IMG/VR virus record: IMGVR_UViG_3300010885_080890
DNA: 64,000 bases
Direction: 5' to 3' (one strand)
Source: an uncultured virus (IMG/VR IMGVR_UViG_3300010885_080890)
Taxonomy: Duplodnaviria > Heunggongvirae > Uroviricota > Caudoviricetes
Part shown: positions 60,043-64,000 of the stretch, piece by piece
Layout: every line of letters starts with the position of its first letter
Position numbering within the stretch: position 1 is the first letter of the stretch
Notes under the pieces: model-generated
Seen by the model: only the letters and a program-made list of their open reading frames with translations
Told to the model about the DNA's origin: nothing
Databases searched by the model: none
Translations under genes and position numbers: made by a program

Positions 60043-61046
60043 TGAATACCTTAAATTTATCTACATCAGCTAGAATATTAATTCCTGCAAATTCAGTAGA
60101 ATTATCTTCTTACAATTATTGCAACTGGTTAGATCATCACATTTTTAAAGATACAAATCTTTCGCCAACCGGATATGATTTTGTATATCCTCAAAGCGCT
60201 TACGGGGGTTATTTTTACCCTCGCGCAATTACCTTTGCAAAAGTGGTATCTGGCGGACCTTTTTATGATATTTGTTATCAAGATTTTTGTACAGAAATAT
60301 TTTCTATTAATTCAGTGAATTTATATTGTATTTCTACTGTAGCCTTTATATTGAGTGCGCTAGATGAGTCTAACGCAAAAATAATAAAATTAATTTACGA
60401 TTTTGACGATAAAACAGATATGGTTATCAAAAACTATGACTATATTAATCCTTATACTATACCTATTAAGCAGCAAACAGTATATCATACGTTTTACCCT
60501 AGAGATAATCTTATTACTACCTATCATCCTAAAATTTCTGCAATTTATGAGGACGGCTGCACTTCAACCATAGCCATGACCTTGTGCTGTTTTAAATGTG
60601 GTATCATAGATGCTTATGAAAACGTAGGATTATTAGATAGCGCTCAAACTAAAGAAGTTAGGAGTATTGTGTTAACATTGGAAGATAGAAAAAATAGACA
60701 ACTATTTACAAATATGCTAGATTTAGATGCTCCTCTACCTCCTTTAACAGCAATACCTCAAGCTCCTGTGACTATACCTACGCTACCACAGCTCACTATA
60801 GTGAAAGCTACTTCAGCAAGGTTGCAATTTATTAATCCGGTAGCGGTTAATATATTCAATTACGAATATATGGAAGGACTGGGTATTAATTTGACACCAG
60901 ACTTATTAGAACTAGCCCCAGGAGATTTGATATATTCGCCGCTTTCTGGAGGCATTATTCTAATAGATGGCTCTGGTGCACCATATGATGTTGGTGACGG
61001 AATACTAATAACCCCGGGAGTAACACGAATTATTCCTATTGATTAA
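60039..61046 (+). CDS. Hypothetical virion protein
   Basis: 335 aa, Cys-rich, degenerate PKD-like YDFDD..HTFYP; C-terminal motif shared with the 53583 ORF. Confidence 0.6.
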   Translation: MMNTLNLSTSARILIPANSVELSSYNYCNWLDHHIFKDTNLSPTGYDFVYPQSAYGGYFYPRAITFAKVVSGGPFYDICYQDFCTEIFSINSVNLYCISTVAFILSALDESNAKIIKLIYDFDDKTDMVIKNYDYINPYTIPIKQQTVYHTFYPRDNLITTYHPKISAIYEDGCTSTIAMTLCCFKCGIIDAYENVGLLDSAQTKEVRSIVLTLEDRKNRQLFTNMLDLDAPLPPLTAIPQAPVTIPTLPQLTIVKATSARLQFINPVAVNIFNYEYMEGLGINLTPDLLELAPGDLIYSPLSGGIILIDGSGAPYDVGDGILITPGVTRIIPID

Positions 61047-61053
61047 ATAATTT

Positions 61054-64000
61054 ATGCTAGTTAGCTATTTAACAGAAACAAATTACACGGGCCTTAGTGC
61101 ACAGTACCCGTACGATGACAATATTAATTTTCAAAACATTAAGCTTGGCATCGACGGCCGACTATCTGTTAATATATCTCCAGTATTCTGTGAGTTAAAT
61201 GACTTTAAAAAAAATAACTACAGCTTAATGTATCTTACTAAACAGTCAAGTTTTTTAAATTTGACGGATTTTTATGCTATTAAAGACGATACATTAACTA
61301 ATACTTTAGTAGGTAAGATTTTTAGCAGTGATACTTTTTCTAGCTCTGGTGCGTATTTAAAGTTTGTTGCATCTATCGATGATCAAGAATTTTTAGCTGT
61401 AAATTACGATCAAAGCTTTGTTATTTTAAATTATGATGATCCTCTTAACATCTTTCATTTTATTAAAAAAGATTCTATTTTTTGTAATGTAATGTATTAT
61501 TATAAGAATAATGAATACTACCTTAATTTTAACCCTGTAACATTAAATTTAAATTTTACTGTTTTATCTGCGTTTAGTGATGTGAAAGATTATACAAGAA
61601 ACTTTTATTATACCTATGATGATAAGAGTAACGTATTTACTCTGCAATGTAGAATAAATGGAATAGCTTATAGAGTAATTAGAAACTATAATACTTCACG
61701 ACTGGCTTTGAGTACTATGACTGATATAGATAGATCGGATAAAAGATGCTTGTTTTACCTTTATACAGCAAATAAATTCTCTACTCCTGAGATTACAGTT
61801 GACTGGGGAAGCTATCAAAAAAAGTTCAATCAAAACAATCTATTAATTGATGCAACAAGAAGTTTTTATGATACTAAATCAAACTTTTTAATACACAGTG
61901 AGTATTTTAATTTTAATCGAACTTATCTTCCTTATGATATATTAAGTTTAAAAACTCAACTTAATTCAAAAAATTATGCAACAAGAGGAAATATTTTTCC
62001 TGACGAAGATCAAGTTACTAATAGAGATTATGTGACCATATTTAGCGGTGGAAGACAGGAAAAAGGATACGAAAAATTACATTTACAGTATCAAACCTAT
62101 ACCCATCCATATGAATTTATTGCAGGCAAAACAACTTGGTTTCATACACCACAATCAATGCATCCCTATGAAAGAATGAACATTAATAATACTTCTTTAA
62201 TAGACGCAGGAGCGGTAGGCGGTGATCATCCCCTTAGAAGCGATAAAGTTTTTAAAAAACTAGGCAATTATAAAAATACTGCAAATTTCGGCAATAGCAC
62301 TAGCGAGCAAACCGGACAATGGCTTTGTTCCTGGTTGTCCGCTGCCCCGGATATAAGTGTAAAACCTGTCTGGGTGGATAGATTTTTTAACCCCTCTAAG
62401 CTAACACCTTTTCAAGCTTTATCTGCATCACCCGGGTCTATTATCTACAATCCTTCTTATAACTGTTATTTAAGCGAGGGTATTTACGATGCACCGTCAA
62501 GTTTAACTTTTGAACCGGGTAACCTATATGCTTATTCTAGGCTAGGCAGAATAGATGCTCAGCAAAATATATTAGCATTAAATGAAAGCTTGCAAATAAA
62601 AAATTTCTCTGATTACAGAAGACTAGACGGTAAAGATCTTCAAGAAGAAGTTAGGGATAATATGTCTACTTTTACTTTTGACAGTGATAGTTATAGCGTA
62701 GTGAATGTTGAAAGCTTTAAATCGGAGCTAAACGTTTTTTCAGTAGGATTTTGGGCTTACAGAGAAAACTGGTCAGAACCATGCGGTTTTCAGTTAGGCG
62801 GTAATTATACTGACTACGGTTTAGGTATTTTTAATTACGAGTACGTTAATCCTTTATTAATGTATATATCTACTGTAAACGGACAGAGCGTTGTAAATGC
62901 ATATAACAGCAATTTAGAATTAGTTAATGTTTATAATGCCAATGGTTTAATAGTAGATAAAATTGATTATTTTGCGCGGCGAGATGTATTGAATTCATTT
63001 CATTTATTTTCCAGTCTGTCTAGCGTATATGAACTCAACTTGCAAGAAGCTATAATAGATTCTGCTAAATTGCCAAGTAGAATTAGAAGAGCAACAAATG
63101 ACGACAAATACTGCTATATGCTTTTAGATGGTACACCAAACATATACAAATTAAATCTATTGACTAATGAAATATTCTTAACAGCTGCAAACTTTAATCT
63201 TAATTTAAATCAAATCATAGATCCGCCTTTAAAAGATTTTTATATATCTAATGCAACAATAGCTGTTACTAACGATAGTAAGGTTATTCTACTATCTACT
63301 TACGGAGTTACCGAGCCTAGGGTAATAAGCAATTATCTTTATTTTCTAGATGATGTTGATACACGGGGAGGTACATTAAAAGTATGGGATACTACTACTA
63401 ATACCAAAGTTATTAGTTCAGTTATACCGGCAAAAAGATTCTACACATACTTTAATATTGATAAAAACTGTAATTTATGGTGTGTTAGCGGGACAAAGAT
63501 TGATATATACAAACAATATGGCTTATTAGACAGATCTATATCATTAACTAATAGCCTATCTTCCTATGGTAATTTTAGTATACTAAATGTTACTTTTACA
63601 GATAATTTTGTAGATGGTGAGCTTGTAAATGATACCTTTATAACTACTACCGGTGTTGCAAATAATACATATTACATCTCTAAGCTGGATGACCAGGGTA
63701 ACGTTGTTAAGACTGTATCTTTTTATACTTCTAATTTTAAAAATATAGATCCTAGTAATCACAGCTTTTTTTACTCGCGTAATGTAGTAGAGCAAAACAA
63801 ATATACATTTAAAGCTAGGCTGTATAATCAGTTTGATACGGAAGATTCTATAATACTAAATTTACCAGTTTTAAATGCCGATTTAAACCCTGGCTATCAT
63901 CATTTTGCTATAACTGTAGACTGTCTTAATGGTAAGGCTAATTTATATGTAGATAATGAAGTTTATGTTTCACAAGATTTTACCCCGGGTAAGTTTTTAT
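61054..64000 (+). CDS. Large virion protein, 3'-truncated by window, with LamG/ConA-like segment; absent from ORF track
   Basis: TTAAATA then ATG 61054 (MLVSYLTETNYTGLSAQYPY...); no in-frame stop seen in spot-checked segments; GYHHFAITVDCLNGKANLYVDN near the end. Confidence 0.8.
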   Translation, partial: MLVSYLTETNYTGLSAQYPYDDNINFQNIKLGIDGRLSVNISPVFCELNDFKKNNYSLMYLTKQSSFLNLTDFYAIKDDTLTNTLVGKIFSSDTFSSSGAYLKFVASIDDQEFLAVNYDQSFVILNYDDPLNIFHFIKKDSIFCNVMYYYKNNEYYLNFNPVTLNLNFTVLSAFSDVKDYTRNFYYTYDDKSNVFTLQCRINGIAYRVIRNYNTSRLALSTMTDIDRSDKRCLFYLYTANKFSTPEITVDWGSYQKKFNQNNLLIDATRSFYDTKSNFLIHSEYFNFNRTYLPYDILSLKTQLNSKNYATRGNIFPDEDQVTNRDYVTIFSGGRQEKGYEKLHLQYQTYTHPYEFIAGKTTWFHTPQSMHPYERMNINNTSLIDAGAVGGDHPLRSDKVFKKLGNYKNTANFGNSTSEQTGQWLCSWLSAAPDISVKPVWVDRFFNPSKLTPFQALSASPGSIIYNPSYNCYLSEGIYDAPSSLTFEPGNLYAYSRLGRIDAQQNILALNESLQIKNFSDYRRLDGKDLQEEVRDNMSTFTFDSDSYSVVNVESFKSELNVFSVGFWAYRENWSEPCGFQLGGNYTDYGLGIFNYEYVNPLLMYISTVNGQSVVNAYNSNLELVNVYNANGLIVDKIDYFARRDVLNSFHLFSSLSSVYELNLQEAIIDSAKLPSRIRRATNDDKYCYMLLDGTPNIYKLNLLTNEIFLTAANFNLNLNQIIDPPLKDFYISNATIAVTNDSKVILLSTYGVTEPRVISNYLYFLDDVDTRGGTLKVWDTTTNTKVISSVIPAKRFYTYFNIDKNCNLWCVSGTKIDIYKQYGLLDRSISLTNSLSSYGNFSILNVTFTDNFVDGELVNDTFITTTGVANNTYYISKLDDQGNVVKTVSFYTSNFKNIDPSNHSFFYSRNVVEQNKYTFKARLYNQFDTEDSIILNLPVLNADLNPGYHHFAITVDCLNGKANLYVDNEVYVSQDFTPGKFL

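Noticed and set aside
1..64000. Alternative genetic code (stop-codon reassignment)
   Set aside because: Core genes translate full-length under the standard code and end in TAA, TGA or TAG with tight packing
1..64000. CRISPR array, tRNA/rRNA genes, integrase or transposase
   Set aside because: No repeat-spacer structure, no recognisable tRNA and no such motifs; intergenic gaps are mostly under 100 bp

Overview
AT-rich 64-kb segment of a large T4-like (myovirus) dsDNA phage genome using the standard genetic code. Replication, recombination and transcription genes: uvsY, uvsW, gp55 late sigma, gp47/gp46, gp43 PolB, uvsX, gp41, gp32, gp45, gp61, gp44 and dUTPase. Packaging, neck, tail and baseplate genes: gp14, gp17, putative gp16, gp3-like, gp18, gp19, gp54/48/53/27/25/6-like, and several very large adhesin-like tail proteins, the last running off the window end. 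Auxiliary enzymes sit among the replication genes: a QueC-like PP-loop ATPase that lacks most Zn ligands next to a class II glutamine amidotransferase, two glycosyltransferases, and a frameshifted NDP-sugar epimerase/reductase. The most interesting pattern is a set of late-promoter-driven, mostly minus-strand genes whose products begin with T4 capsid-targeting-like N-termini. They include a retropepsin-like protease, a KxDG ligase-like nucleotidyltransferase, a HIGH-type nucleotidyltransferase and a PD-(D/E)xK-like protein, suggesting a virion-packaged, injected enzyme payload. Most transcripts appear leaderless. Major capsid, portal and gp5 genes were not seen in this window. All calls come from motif recognition by eye; no searches were run.
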